Origin: Adineta vaga
Lineage: Eukaryota > Animalia > Rotifera
Reading direction: 5' to 3'
Assembly: GCA_021613535.1 (NCBI GenBank)
Contig: CP075496.1
Span: 4,650,001-4,714,000 of the forward strand
Length of the DNA: 64,000 nucleotides
A program made the translations under genes and the position numbers. Of the stretch, positions 52,490-64,000 are shown one piece after another (positions within the stretch are counted from its first letter, which is position 1; each line of letters begins with the position of its first letter). The notes under the pieces were generated by a model, which was not told where the DNA came from, made no database searches, and saw nothing but the letters and a program-made list of their open reading frames with translations.

Positions 52490-53333
52490 TATTTAGTTTT
52501 TAATGAATGTTAGAAGACAAATGACCTGGTTGTATATTCTATTAGGTGTGTATTAAAGAAAGAAAAGAAGAAAGATAAGCACTATATAATAGTTGTTGTT
52601 CGTGTTTGTTTCTATTGATATTTTTTTTTTCTTGTTCTTATCATAGTTAGATGCATGTGCAATATTTTGCAGTGATAATGTGTATACATGATAAAATTTT
52701 ATGATGTCACAGCGTTAATACTTGGTTTCGTTTGAAAAAATATCGAATCTCGTCTAATCATGTGAATAGGATACAGTACGAAGTACCTTTCATTCAAACG
52801 AAAAAATGTTATTTAGAGAGAAAAAATTTTGTCGGTCATTAATCATCAGATGATAAGCAATTGATAATACCGAAATCTTTTATTAACTGTAACTGATGAA
52901 TATGAATAAAGATTGTAATTATATCTAGTGATCATATCATCTTTAAACTTGTGGTTGGAAATATTGATCATACTTTAGAATTGTTACAGTGATGTTTTGT
53001 TTTTGCGGAAAGAGTATTTAAAATCTTTTCGTACGTATTACATAGGATCGTGTATGCCTAATAACTGTCATTATTGCTTTCATCTCAACTGTGAGTAAAT
53101 TTTATTGCTCAACTTTATAGATGACAGTTAAGATTTAATAGTATCTTTGCTTTTCTTCTGTTGTAGTTTAAACGAATTGTCAGATATATTCTGTATGAGA
53201 ATTGAACGTCATAAGTAGATTTTTATGAGTCCAGCGATGTTATTGTAAACTGAATAAACGATAATTATAGACAAACGTGCAAATAGATTCACACCGAAGA
53301 ATCATTAAAACATTTGCTTGTCTTTGTTTGAAG

Positions 53334-53914
53334 TTAAAAGAAATAATACAAAAGTAGTATCGGTAAAAAGAAGAAGATAAAAAGTGATTCTTTTCGAAGA
53401 GATTGTGCATTGTTACAAAGATCAGAATGACAACAGCAGCCAGCCGTGTTTGTATCAGTAAACTCTAGATTGAGACATGCATTCTCTCCTAGATAACATG
53501 CTTTTGTAAGAATAGCACCACGAATAATTTTGCCATCTATTTTACTTTTCTAGAACATGAAATAGTAATATACAAAGGTTTTTTTTTGAATAGTAGTTAA
53601 TCATTTCATTTCAAAGATACATACATAACAACGTTCATCCGATGTGGCATTAACCATTTTTACTGCATTTTCGTTGAATGGATCACCACAGTTGTCAAAT
53701 TGACATGAATAGCAGCGATATGCACTAACTGTGGTTAAACCTATTGAAATGAGAAAATGAAAAGATCAAAGATTCTTATTGGTCTTAATCAAACTAAATA
53801 TCTTTCGAATTTCGAATTTCTAGTTAATAATGATATTAATGCATTTCTCATCATTAGAGAAGTGAAATACTAACTTGATAGAAGAAATAGAAGGATGAAA
53901 AGATGTATTTCCAT
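53334..53914 (-). CDS. Ly6/uPAR three-finger (Quiver/Sleepless-like) GPI-anchored protein, 3 exons
   Basis: Not in the ORF track. MEIHLFILLFLLS | SLTTVSAYRCYSCQFDNCGDPF...ERCY | KSKIDGKIIRG...CCCHSDLCN plus a hydrophobic tail. Confidence 0.8.
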
Positions 53915-54948
53915 TGCAGAAATTTTTATCAAATTTTATAAGTAATATAATTTGTCAGACATGTATCTTGAAATGAAATCATAGCTTATATAGCTCTTCC
54001 AAAAGCAAATAAGAAATCAATTTTATAGTCATAATAACAACCCTGAAAAGTATAATCATTATATTGACAAACGTTAACATGATAATTTCTATAGTTACCA
54101 CGAAAGAATACAATAAAACTTTTGCGTTGGAAGATATCAGTTAAATATTTGATTTATTCATCATTTCTCTTGAAAGAATTATTTTAATCAGAAGGTTACT
54201 TAATTTACGTTTTGTATACTATAAATAAGCAAATCTGATTAATAACATTGAACAATGACTATTTTCGTTCAATTATTTAGTATCGTATTGACTTTCCGAT
54301 TTCTACTTGTTTTTCAAAACTTATCATTCAAGTTATCAGCATTATATTTATGCGATGCACTTAGTAGTATCATTCAAAACCAATGTACTGTAACAATCGT
54401 GTCTTTAGCTTTTATTCTATCCAAACTATTTACGTATATAGATTTTTCATTTATCGCTTTACTTCCAACAACGATCTGTTGAAATATCAAATAAACACAA
54501 CGAAAAAAAGAAATTACCTAAAATAGTTGTAAATATTATTTGATTTTTGATTCAAAATCGTTTCGAATAAGACACAATTACTTTCGTTTCTGCAAATTTC
54601 ATTCCTATGCGTACTTATTCTAACAGGATTCTTTTTTCACATCGACCATCTTCCTCAAAATACTATTTTCTAAAATCGCATAAAAGTAATTCTGAACATC
54701 AACATATCGCAACAATTCACTCACACCAAAATTTACTCTAGCATTTCATTCTACTATATTTATCAGAATTTTTTCGTACAAAATCAGCATTACCATCGTT
54801 AGAGTATATTTTTCATTGTTACTTTTTTCTCTCGATTACATCCATATCCAGCACATAATGATCAAAGAAAATGTAAAATATACAAAAAAAGTAAAGCAAA
54901 TAAAATCACATGAATACCGTTCATATATAAAAACAAAAATAAAAAGAT

Positions 54949-56370
54949 CTAGTCTGGCAAAATAGCTTTTAATCGAAGTAGGGCAATACGTTCCACTTGT
55001 GCACATGCTGTTTCGAATTCACGCTCACGATCATTCGACAATCGACGTTTGAATGCATCAACAATACTTGCCTTCGTGTTGTCTTTTACTGCAATGATGA
55101 ATGGAAAACCAAACTTTGTCGTGTATTCTTGGTTCAGTTTAGTGAACATTTCGCGTTCTTCATCTGTCAATAAATCAAGACCAGCTGATGCTTGTTCATT
55201 TGTTGATTCAGCAGTCAACCGTTTCGCCATCGCTAGTTTACCAGCGAGATCAGGATGAGCAAGTAATACTTGCAGACGTTCATCAGCCGATGCTGCTCGA
55301 AACTGAGTTCGAAGTGCAAAATGAAGACCAACAGCCGTGTCGTTAGCAGGTGCAAGCTCACCATCGAACGCACGTTCAGCAATCCACGCTGAATGTTCAA
55401 AGATCGATCCAAATCGTTCGATGAATGCTTGTCGATCAAGTTGTGTTGGAACTAGATCTCGTTTGACAAAAGGATGTGTTTTCTTCCAATGCTCTGCAAT
55501 TTGAAGACGAGTTGGTATCCATACTTTGTCATGCTTTTGGATGTAATCAATGAATCGAGTAAGTGAAGCAATTCGGCCAGGTCGACCAATCAACCGACAA
55601 TGAAGTCCGATGGTCATCATTTTCGGCATTCCATTTGCTCCTTCTTGATAGAGTGTATCGAAGAGATCTTTGAGATAAGTGAAGAACTGATCACCCGAGT
55701 TGAAGCCTTGTGGTGTCGCAAATCTCATATCATTTGAATCTAATGTGTAAGGAATGATGAGTTGTGGTTTGTTGTTGTGTTCACGCCAATAAGGAAGATC
55801 ATCATCATAAGTGTCCGAGATGTATTCACAGCCACCTTCTTGACTGACAAGATCGACTGTATTGACAGAGCATCGACCTGTATACCAGCCTCGTGGTCGT
55901 TGACCAGTTGCAAGAGTATGAAGACGAATGGCTTCTTGTATTTGTTGTCGTTCAAGATCCTTTGACATGTCTTTGTGTTCTATCCATTTATATCCATGTG
56001 ATGCAATTTCCCAGTTTGCTTCTTGCATAGCAGTGACTTGTGCAGGTGAACGCATGAGTGCAGATGCAACAGCATAGATAGTGATGGGAATGTTGCGTTG
56101 AGTGAATAGACGATGTAGACGCCAGAATCCAGCTCGAGCACCATATTCATAGATGGATTCCATGTTCCAATGTCGTTGACCAGGCCATTGTGCAGCACCG
56201 ACGATTTCGGAGAGGAACGCTTCTGATGCTGCATCACCATGAAGAATGTTATTTTCACCACCTTCTTCATAGTTGAGTACGAACTGAACAGCAACATGAG
56301 CATCGTTTGGCCAATGAGGATGTGGTGGATGTTGACCATATCCGTGCATATTTCGTGGATAGTAAGGCAT
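54949..56370 (-). CDS. puuE: Allantoinase PuuE - OHCU decarboxylase (UraD) fusion, copy 2
   Basis: Same protein as copy 1 with three substitutions (E/Q, T/A, D/E). ATG placed at 56370 by alignment with copy 1. Confidence 0.93.
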   Translation of the reverse strand: MPYYPRNMHGYGQHPPHPHWPNDAHVAVQFVLNYEEGGENNILHGDAASEAFLSEIVGAAQWPGQRHWNMESIYEYGARAGFWRLHRLFTQRNIPITIYAVASALMRSPAQVTAMQEANWEIASHGYKWIEHKDMSKDLERQQIQEAIRLHTLATGQRPRGWYTGRCSVNTVDLVSQEGGCEYISDTYDDDLPYWREHNNKPQLIIPYTLDSNDMRFATPQGFNSGDQFFTYLKDLFDTLYQEGANGMPKMMTIGLHCRLIGRPGRIASLTRFIDYIQKHDKVWIPTRLQIAEHWKKTHPFVKRDLVPTQLDRQAFIERFGSIFEHSAWIAERAFDGELAPANDTAVGLHFALRTQFRAASADERLQVLLAHPDLAGKLAMAKRLTAESTNEQASAGLDLLTDEEREMFTKLNQEYTTKFGFPFIIAVKDNTKASIVDAFKRRLSNDREREFETACAQVERIALLRLKAILPD

Positions 56371-57562
56371 TTTTTGAATTGAATACAACTGACGGTGAAA
56401 AAATCAGTGATTTTGAAACGTGTTGTGAATGGTTGTTTGTTTGTATAGTCTGACTAAGCGACACTAAACAAAATAGACATAATATTGGTCAAAGTGTAAA
56501 GGAATAGAAAAATTTATTTTATTATATTCATCCTTTCTAATAATCTTTTCTTCTTTTTTATTTTTCTTCGCTTTGTTTTACCACTGCTCACGTGGTAGAT
56601 TTATTGACCTAGATGTGTGTGTCATTTTTTATCATGAAAAGTAATTGATACATAAGATTTATATGAAAAAGAATCACATTTCCAATCAGTAAAATTAAAA
56701 TCAATAAGAGGCTCTCTAGAATATTTCATTTCATCCGAGACCACCATCTATTGATGAGTCTGTCAAAGGTTTGGAAATAGTTACAAAAGCATATTGAAAA
56801 TAGTATCAGTTTGTCTGCTGAAATGAAAAATGATTGCTGTAATATTCTTTGACGAATTATAAATTGTATGTTTTTGATTTTATAAGAAACAATTTACAAA
56901 TTAGTTGGAATGAAATCATGTATTTATTTTATAAAAATGAATTAAATAATTTCACACTACATAGGTATGACACATTCTTCTTAATATTCACAATATCTTA
57001 CGAATAGATTCAATTCAGAGGAGATTGAATGTGTCTCAAAAACCATTTGAAACTAAAATTCATCATTGACATACATCTTTCTCGTTTATATCTTAATTAA
57101 AATATTCAAATCTCTTCGATTAAAAAGAAAAGAATCAAAATTGTCTCGTTGACTTCTAATTATTAATCAGGTTGTGGTTTTTTTTCCTAATGAATCAAAC
57201 ATTTATAGACAATAAGAACGACTTGATAATGCTTGATCTAATATTTGATAACCAAATACATTTTTACTCGAGGAAACATAAGATTGTTTTCTTTAGTCAC
57301 TGACTTACTTTCAGTGAAAAATCGTTTGTCTGTGTAATAATAATATCTAGTCGACACATTTGGTTGATAACACAGACGACGACACGACGGATTAAAGATT
57401 TGTATATTTTGTGAGTCATATGATCGTAAATGACTCAGTAAATGCCTTAAACTTTCATCGAAATCCGGTCTTAGCATAGGTTATGATTGTTTCTCTGGGT
57501 TTTTCGTACTGTACAAATTAGCAAAGTAAAGTATAAATATGAGGTTGATCATACTGCCAACA

Positions 57563-58345
57563 ATGTCAAATTTGGAGCAACAGCAATAGAGTAAAAATAA
57601 GGTGAGTCAATACGAAATATCTCCAATGGCATATTACATATATTACAAAAAAAAGACCATACTTTTATTGCTACAATAATTCTTATTATAAATAATTTTG
57701 TTTTAGATTCTCATGATGATGAATGAACAATGTTTAAAACGAATCTTAAAAGTAATGACGAATTGGTCAGTTACTGATGTTCGAACAGTGCCGAATGTGA
57801 TGTATCAAGTGAGATGTGGCGATGATTAGAACGATCCAAACATCGAATATCAAATCAATTGGTTTATGAATTGTGCAGAAACATTCGTACATAATCATCG
57901 TCATTCATTTGATACACTCTGTTTAGAAGGTGAATATCGAGAAGATATCTGGGAAATAGTTGATGATGGTAGTGATGCTATTACTTATCAATTTCATCAA
58001 CGATCTAATAATAGTTTTAGTGATCGAAAGATGATATCTGGTCGTCTTTGTCATGTGAGATCGAGAAGTCATTTTGCCAATAATATCATGCATGTCAGTA
58101 CAGATCAATTTCATTCGATTTCGGCTAAAGAAGAAGATGTCGACAATCGAGTGATGACTTTTCTTGCTAAACGAAAGTATTCATCGATGTCAGATATGTA
58201 TATATTAAGTTCATCACCAACTATCAACTCATTGAGTGATGACATGCGCTCAGCAACTGATGGTGAACGCGAGAAAATTTATATGAAACTGCAACAAATA
58301 CTTATGACAAGATTCAATGTTGTATTCAACTCTTCTGATTTCTAA
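57563..58345 (+). pseudogene. Cupin-like gene with two in-frame TAG codons
   Basis: Exon MSNLEQQQ*SKNK (donor gtgagt at 57602) splices in frame to ILMMMNEQ...GDD*NDPNIEY...HNHRHSFDTLCLEGEYRE...FHSI. HxH...G.Y.E plus a distal His is cupin-like. Confidence 0.6.
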
Positions 58346-59560
58346 AGAGAAAAAATGCTGTAAATAGTATCTGATACTATCAATAGATAATCTGTGATCT
58401 GAATTTATTTGTAAAATGTCGTCTTTTTTTCTAAACAATATTTTTGCGGTGTAAGTTTTTTTTCTTTATATTTGTTATTTGTTATAATAAAGAACATGTG
58501 ACTATAAGAAAAATAAAAGAATTCTTTAATTGTTATGATTGTAGAACCAAGAACAATACATAGTTACACAGAATGAGAGATATTATGTGAATTTTACAGT
58601 AGTTGATGAAGACAAAAATGATTAATAGATATATTTTTATCATTAAAATTTAACTGATACCCCCTTTTTTTTCTCCTGTAATTGTCAAATATTCATTCAT
58701 AAAGCTGACGTCATAGCTGTTCGATTTATTTGTGTTGCGTTTTTCTTTTTTCAGTTAATGTTTTGATTTTACTATGACGATCGTCATCAAAACGAAAGAG
58801 CAAACAAAAACGCTCACTCTATACATTGACGTCATCGTACTGAAATATAAAACACCGACGATCCGCATTATTTACGAAGGCAAGAACGGAATCAACTTCA
58901 ATTTGTTTTAAATTTTCAAATTGATAGGATTATTACAAACAATATGCATAATCTATTCTACGTCGTTTTACTTGAAACATTTTTGACAACGATCATTGAT
59001 TGTGCAATATGTATGTATCAGAATTTAATCTATAGATGAGAAGTTTAAAAGTGTGAAAATATAAATACTGTCTTTTGGTAGATATGTGTTGTTGGACTGA
59101 AACGATATCGGAATGTGACTATGTTGTGAAAAGAGAGATTGTCGAAAAGGTCACACTATATTCAGTCTCAAATTCTCCCATAGAGCATCACCCGTCATCT
59201 TTACACTCTTACTCTATAGATCTTCCATACCTTCACACATTCAAATTTCTTTTGTAAATTCAAACATTATATACATATTTTAAACAGATTTATCTATGTA
59301 CAAACTATTATGTCAACAAAAGTTTGCCAGTGGTAGTTTATTGGTCAACTACATCACTTCATCTTAAGACTTGTTAGGAAGGGAAATCTCCTCTATTTTT
59401 TTTGTTATATCATGACATCATCATATATCTTCATTCGTTCTACATGACGTCATACTATATGTCCATCACATGTTTTCCATCTCATTCTTACGTCATGTTC
59501 TCTCTATGTGTCATGATGTTCTCTAGTCTTCTGATCTTTTCGTAAACCTATATGAACCCG

Positions 59561-59894
59561 ATGTTTCTAAATAATAAAACGCTTTTGTGTACAAGTAAAT
59601 ATTGGTATAGTATTCTTCTACCACTGTCATTCAAGTAGTTGAACATCTCTACCTCACAGACTCTATATAAAAAATAGTTCACTATTCGATTGACTTTTTA
59701 CTTTAGCTCGCTATTCAAGCTCACGTTATACAAGTCGAACTTACTCAAGTGGAAGTGGATGTACTACTGATGAATGCACGTACGTTGCTATTGGAGTTGG
59801 ATGTGCAGCTGGTCTCTTTATTATCATTGCTATATGTCTGTTAGTTTATTTCCGTTGTTACAGATATGGTAGATGTAAATCTTGTTGTTCATAG
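59561..59894 (+). CDS. Small single-pass membrane microprotein, paralog of 6834-7162 (first exon uncertain)
   Basis: Exon 59707-59894 after tttag encodes RYSSSRYTSRTYSSGSGCTTDECTYVAIGVGCAAGLFIIIAICLLVYFRCYRYGRCKSCCS*. A phase-1 donor (aca a|gtaaat) after MFLNNKTLLCT fits. Confidence 0.6.
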
Positions 59895-60418
59895 TCGAAA
59901 TACTTATCGTTTTCGTGTTGTCCTTTAAACTTAACTTCATACTCATGCGCATACACAGAATTCTATAATTTTTCTTTATTCATGTACATACATCTGAATG
60001 TATTGGTTTGACAAAAATTGCATTAAGTTGTAGTTCAATTATCGGAATGTAACATAGAAAAGAAATTCAAACAACAGCTGTACAATGATCAAATGTCAAG
60101 AAATGGTAATTTTGAGATAGCATCCAAAAATGACTAAAGCGAAGAAGATTTAAAAATTTGAGGATTAACTACACTGTTTTTTTTTGTAATTTTCGTTTGA
60201 TAATTACTTTTTATTGAACTAGTCATATTTCGAAATTAAAGATTATTTATTAAGAGCTGCTTTAATTTCTTTCTCATAAACGAACGAATTTGTACTCTTT
60301 GGTAACAGTGTAGTATTGATAGGTTAAATCTTATTCAGAATTAATAATTATAATAAATACTTTCGTTAAATCTTTAAATAATAGCACAGAAAGTGAATAT
60401 AATATTTATCTTGGCAAA

Positions 60419-61518
60419 CTATTTACTAGAAACTGTTTGTTGTCTTCCTGCTGTTTCGTCAAAAATCGTATCAATTTGTTTTTCTGTTGTTTGAATAAAG
60501 TGTTTTATAGCTATCTGTAAATCTTTCATATCACTCCCAATAAATTGATGCCAATTATCTAATAAATCCGAATTTTGTTGATCATTTAATTTGTTTTTTA
60601 CAGCATCAAATTGTTTCAATAGTAAATCTTTCGCAATGATTGCCATTTCTTGAACATTATGTGGTAAACTAAGATTTGTTAACCAATGTGTCAATAGAAA
60701 CATATCAAATATTCGATATTCATATGATAAGATATCTCTTGTATCACATGTAAGTAAATCAAAACGCCATTTTTTATTCGAATAGAAAAATCCTAGACCA
60801 AAGAATTTTTCATCAAGTGAACGATTGAAATACCATTTGAATACAGCATCATAAATTCCTCGATGAGAGACTGGAAGATTTTTCATTTGTTTAATGATAA
60901 TATCACCTCGTTGACAATGATGTCCATTTAATATGAATTTCGATTGATCATCATAGGAAAATATCATTAATCCCACGTAAGAATCTATATTGAAATTGAA
61001 CTCATCTGATCCAACTCGTATATGAAAATGTGTTAAACGAGAACGTCGACGATTAATAAAATAGTGTTGTTCAATTTCCAATGAATCGTCAGTATCATCT
61101 TGAAATTTCATTTCTAATCGGTGTAATTGATATGTACGTAGAAAAGTAACAAGTGAAAATAATTCTATTTGTTCCAGAGTTTTCAATTGAATCCAAAGTT
61201 CACAGATAGATTGTTTATAGATTTTATATATTGGTCGTTTTTGATCCATTAATACTATCATATCATCAATATTTGCATCGAAAGTGACCGAAACTTGTTT
61301 TATAAATATATCTAATGTTTTTTCTTTATATTCAATTTCATTCTGTAATTTTTCAAGGTCGAAAACATGTTGAATATCAATTTGAGTTTTAGATAATGTT
61401 TCTAAACCTATTTCAGATGAATCCTATTAATAGAAAAATAGATTATAAAGCAAATGAACAACGACTAATATTTATTTACATGATCCGTTGCTTTTGATTT
61501 TGGTTTTCGAAAATCCAT
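60419..61518 (-). CDS. Hypothetical protein, 2 exons
   Basis: MDFRKPKSKATDH | intron | DSSEIGLETL... continues in frame into the 280-aa ORF. No family recognised. Confidence 0.65.
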
Positions 61519-63622
61519 GAACAAAGTTACACATAAATGTGTTTAAACATCGACACAAGCACATCGTTTCTTATCAATTTTCGAGATAATATTTATATGA
61601 AATGATTCATCATTTGATGTCAACAAATTCGTATCTTTTTTGGAAAGAAGAAGTGTGAAGGTTAAACTATAATCATTTCCTTGTAATTGATCATCATATT
61701 GTTTTCATGCAGAGAAAAATACGATGAAGTATTGAATAGCTCTTGAAAATTGCTCACTCTTGTAATTACACCAGTGAAGTAGAGTTGCCACGGGTGTTTT
61801 TTAGGTTGAGTTAGGAAATTTCCTTTTTTTTTCAACTACTGAACGTTCAATTTTGTTTTCAATAGGCTTTTAAGAATGAAACATTTTGTTATTTTTCAGT
61901 AAGAGCCATAGAAAGTCTTTTTCGATTTCAATAGCAACAAACAATGAATGAATGAATACACGAAAGAGAAAAAAACGCGCTCGTTTAAAATCAAGTATGT
62001 TTTGTTCAATATACAAGACAAACGAACGTGTTCGATCTGATGAAAGAAAGAATTTAGTTCATGTCAGTAGCCAGCGGACATTGGACAGAGAAAAAAAAGC
62101 GGTACAATGAGAAGAGCTTTTTAGTCATATTTGAACATCAGACATGTACATAGAAAGAGAAAATGATGGAGAAAAAAATGAGCTTGATACTCAAAACTGT
62201 TTATCGAATGGATTAAATGCAGACATAGGAGTAGTAGTGAGACGTTGAGATAGACTCTTTATTGAAGATTTTTTTCTCTTTCTTTCTTTCTTTCTTTACA
62301 TATTTGAAAAAATAACCTTCGAACTTGTTCCCTTCGCTTCTGTTCAAAAGGCTTCAATCATTTATTTTCGTTAAAGAGACCGTAAGCGAAGTAATATGTT
62401 GTGTGTGATTGAACGAAGAAAGAGAACAAAAAAATGAACTTCATTCTTTCTTGCTTTTTTTACATTAATACTGAATAAAAAGACAGTTTGAAATTACTTT
62501 TTCTTATGAACCAATGGTTCATTTAATCATAAACATTATCTTCTAACATTAAACAAAACTCATTGAAATTAGTTTGTATATAATGAACTCTTTGAAAAAC
62601 TTTATTATTATTTGATAGATCGTACTATAGTAACATATGATTGACATCAGATGTTTCAGTCTATGAACAAAAAATATTTGAAATTGTTTTGATTTCATGC
62701 AATACGAAAGATCAAGGTTCATTCAGATGATGTTATTATTAACGAGTAAAAGGCGATTGTCATTATCATGAAGATCTTTTCTCTTTCATCTGACGATCGA
62801 TCGATCGATTGATATAAATATATACTTTTTTTGGCTGTACAATTGATGTCCAACTCTTCTATCTTAACTAAAGAATAATACAGAGAAAAAGGAAAGAAAA
62901 AGGCATCTTCATCTATTGTATTGAACATGAGAAGACGGAAAGAAGAAGAAAAAAATCATCATAATTCGGGTCGTTCTCTTTCGGTAGACATTTCTGCGAT
63001 ATTTATTTTATATACACATTAGACTCATGACTCACATCGGTGAAGAGTGTATATAGCAAAAAAAAACTCTTCATAGTACAGTCGAAAAAGAAGAAAGAAA
63101 AGAAAAAAATGGCGTCGTCATCGTTCATCGTCGACCGATGGTCAAGTCGCCCCGGCGAGAAATACAATTAGACAAATGTATGCATGCCCATATGTATATG
63201 TACAAAAAAAAAATCTAAACGAGTCCTATGTGAGAGCATATATATTCTTTCATTTATGAAGAAGGAAAAGAAAAGGAAAAGATGTTGTTCTTCTTTTCTG
63301 CTTTGCGCGCCGTCGCGTCCAGCTCGAAAAAGCCATTTCTGAACCTGCCATTACTATACAAAAAGAAAGAAGAGAGAGAGAGAAAGAGAAGAAGACGAAG
63401 AAAAAGAAGTCTTGCTTGTACACGAACTAAGAGAGGAAAAAAGAGAATATAAGCACGAGAAAGAGAGAGAAAAAGAGCGATCACAAAAACAAATGAGAGA
63501 GAGAGGACACGACGACGAACAAAAACACACACGCCACCCATGAACGGGGCTAGATCATTGTGTATATATCATTTTAGAAGAGAAATTGCACGTTTTATCT
63601 GACATTTTTTTAGAATTCAAAT

Positions 63623-64000
63623 ATGCAACATACATCTCCAACGTCTTCAACATTAATAGAAAATTTTCAAATTTTGCCCAGATCAACTACAACAATAGCC
63701 GATATTTCGACATCAAATGACACACATTATTCATCACTTTTACTAAAGAAAAAATTAGCTATGTTTGATAATGCATCAAAAAATCCCACAACAGATGTCA
63801 GTCTCTCAAATGATACGATTACGACTCCTGTTTCCGTAAGTTCTACTTATAGGTATTTTTTCTTGATTAAAAATATGTTTGTTCTTTTAAGTTAATCAAA
63901 CCATCTAGTACAACTTTATCAATTAATGAGAATGAACCTGTCAAAAGTGCCAGTCGAGTAAGAACAAATAAGACAAACAAGATAATGAATAATATATCTT
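63623..64000 (+). CDS. 5' part of a Ser/Thr-rich hypothetical protein, runs off the window
   Basis: ATG after a tttttag acceptor, donor gtaagt at ~63836, next exon at ~63910 open to the window end. Confidence 0.5.

Noticed and set aside
51068-56370. Bacterial contamination or chimeric contig
   Set aside because: Flanks are AT-rich like the host, an intron-containing Ly6 gene lies between the copies, and there are no bacterial operon neighbours.
57587-57829. Ciliate-type genetic code (TAG = Gln) explaining the amber codons
   Set aside because: Neighbouring genes use TAG and TAA as true stops, and this ORF itself ends in TAA.
63254-63541. Hydrophobic 95-aa minus-strand ORF
   Set aside because: Artefact of GA-rich low-complexity 5'UTR/promoter sequence.

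Overview
AT-rich eukaryotic (animal) genomic DNA with dense genes and very short (~50-60 nt) GT-AG introns. Intronless bacterial-type genes sit among conserved metazoan genes. This combination strongly suggests a bdelloid rotifer (inference, no database search possible). Conserved genes: initiator tRNA-Met, a divergent eIF5A, a DUF229 gene with an apparent frameshift, MTRR, TMX3, NKAP, SRPRA, PGGT1B, an ATP8B-like P4-ATPase with two alternative last exons, an HMG-box protein and USO1/p115. Other genes: two EGF-repeat genes, a Ly6/three-finger GPI protein, a mucin-like GPI protein and several lineage-specific membrane proteins. Probable horizontally acquired genes: a secreted GH30 glycosidase, two near-identical PuuE allantoinase-OHCU decarboxylase fusion genes, and a cupin-like gene with two in-frame TAG codons. 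The most notable signals are (1) a co-directional minus-strand gene cluster with 53-154 nt intergenic gaps and splice acceptors just before the start codons, a candidate trans-spliced operon, and (2) the duplicated bacterial purine-catabolism fusion, whose homology is limited to the CDS and looks homogenised by gene conversion. Exon boundaries were read by eye and are approximate unless stated.
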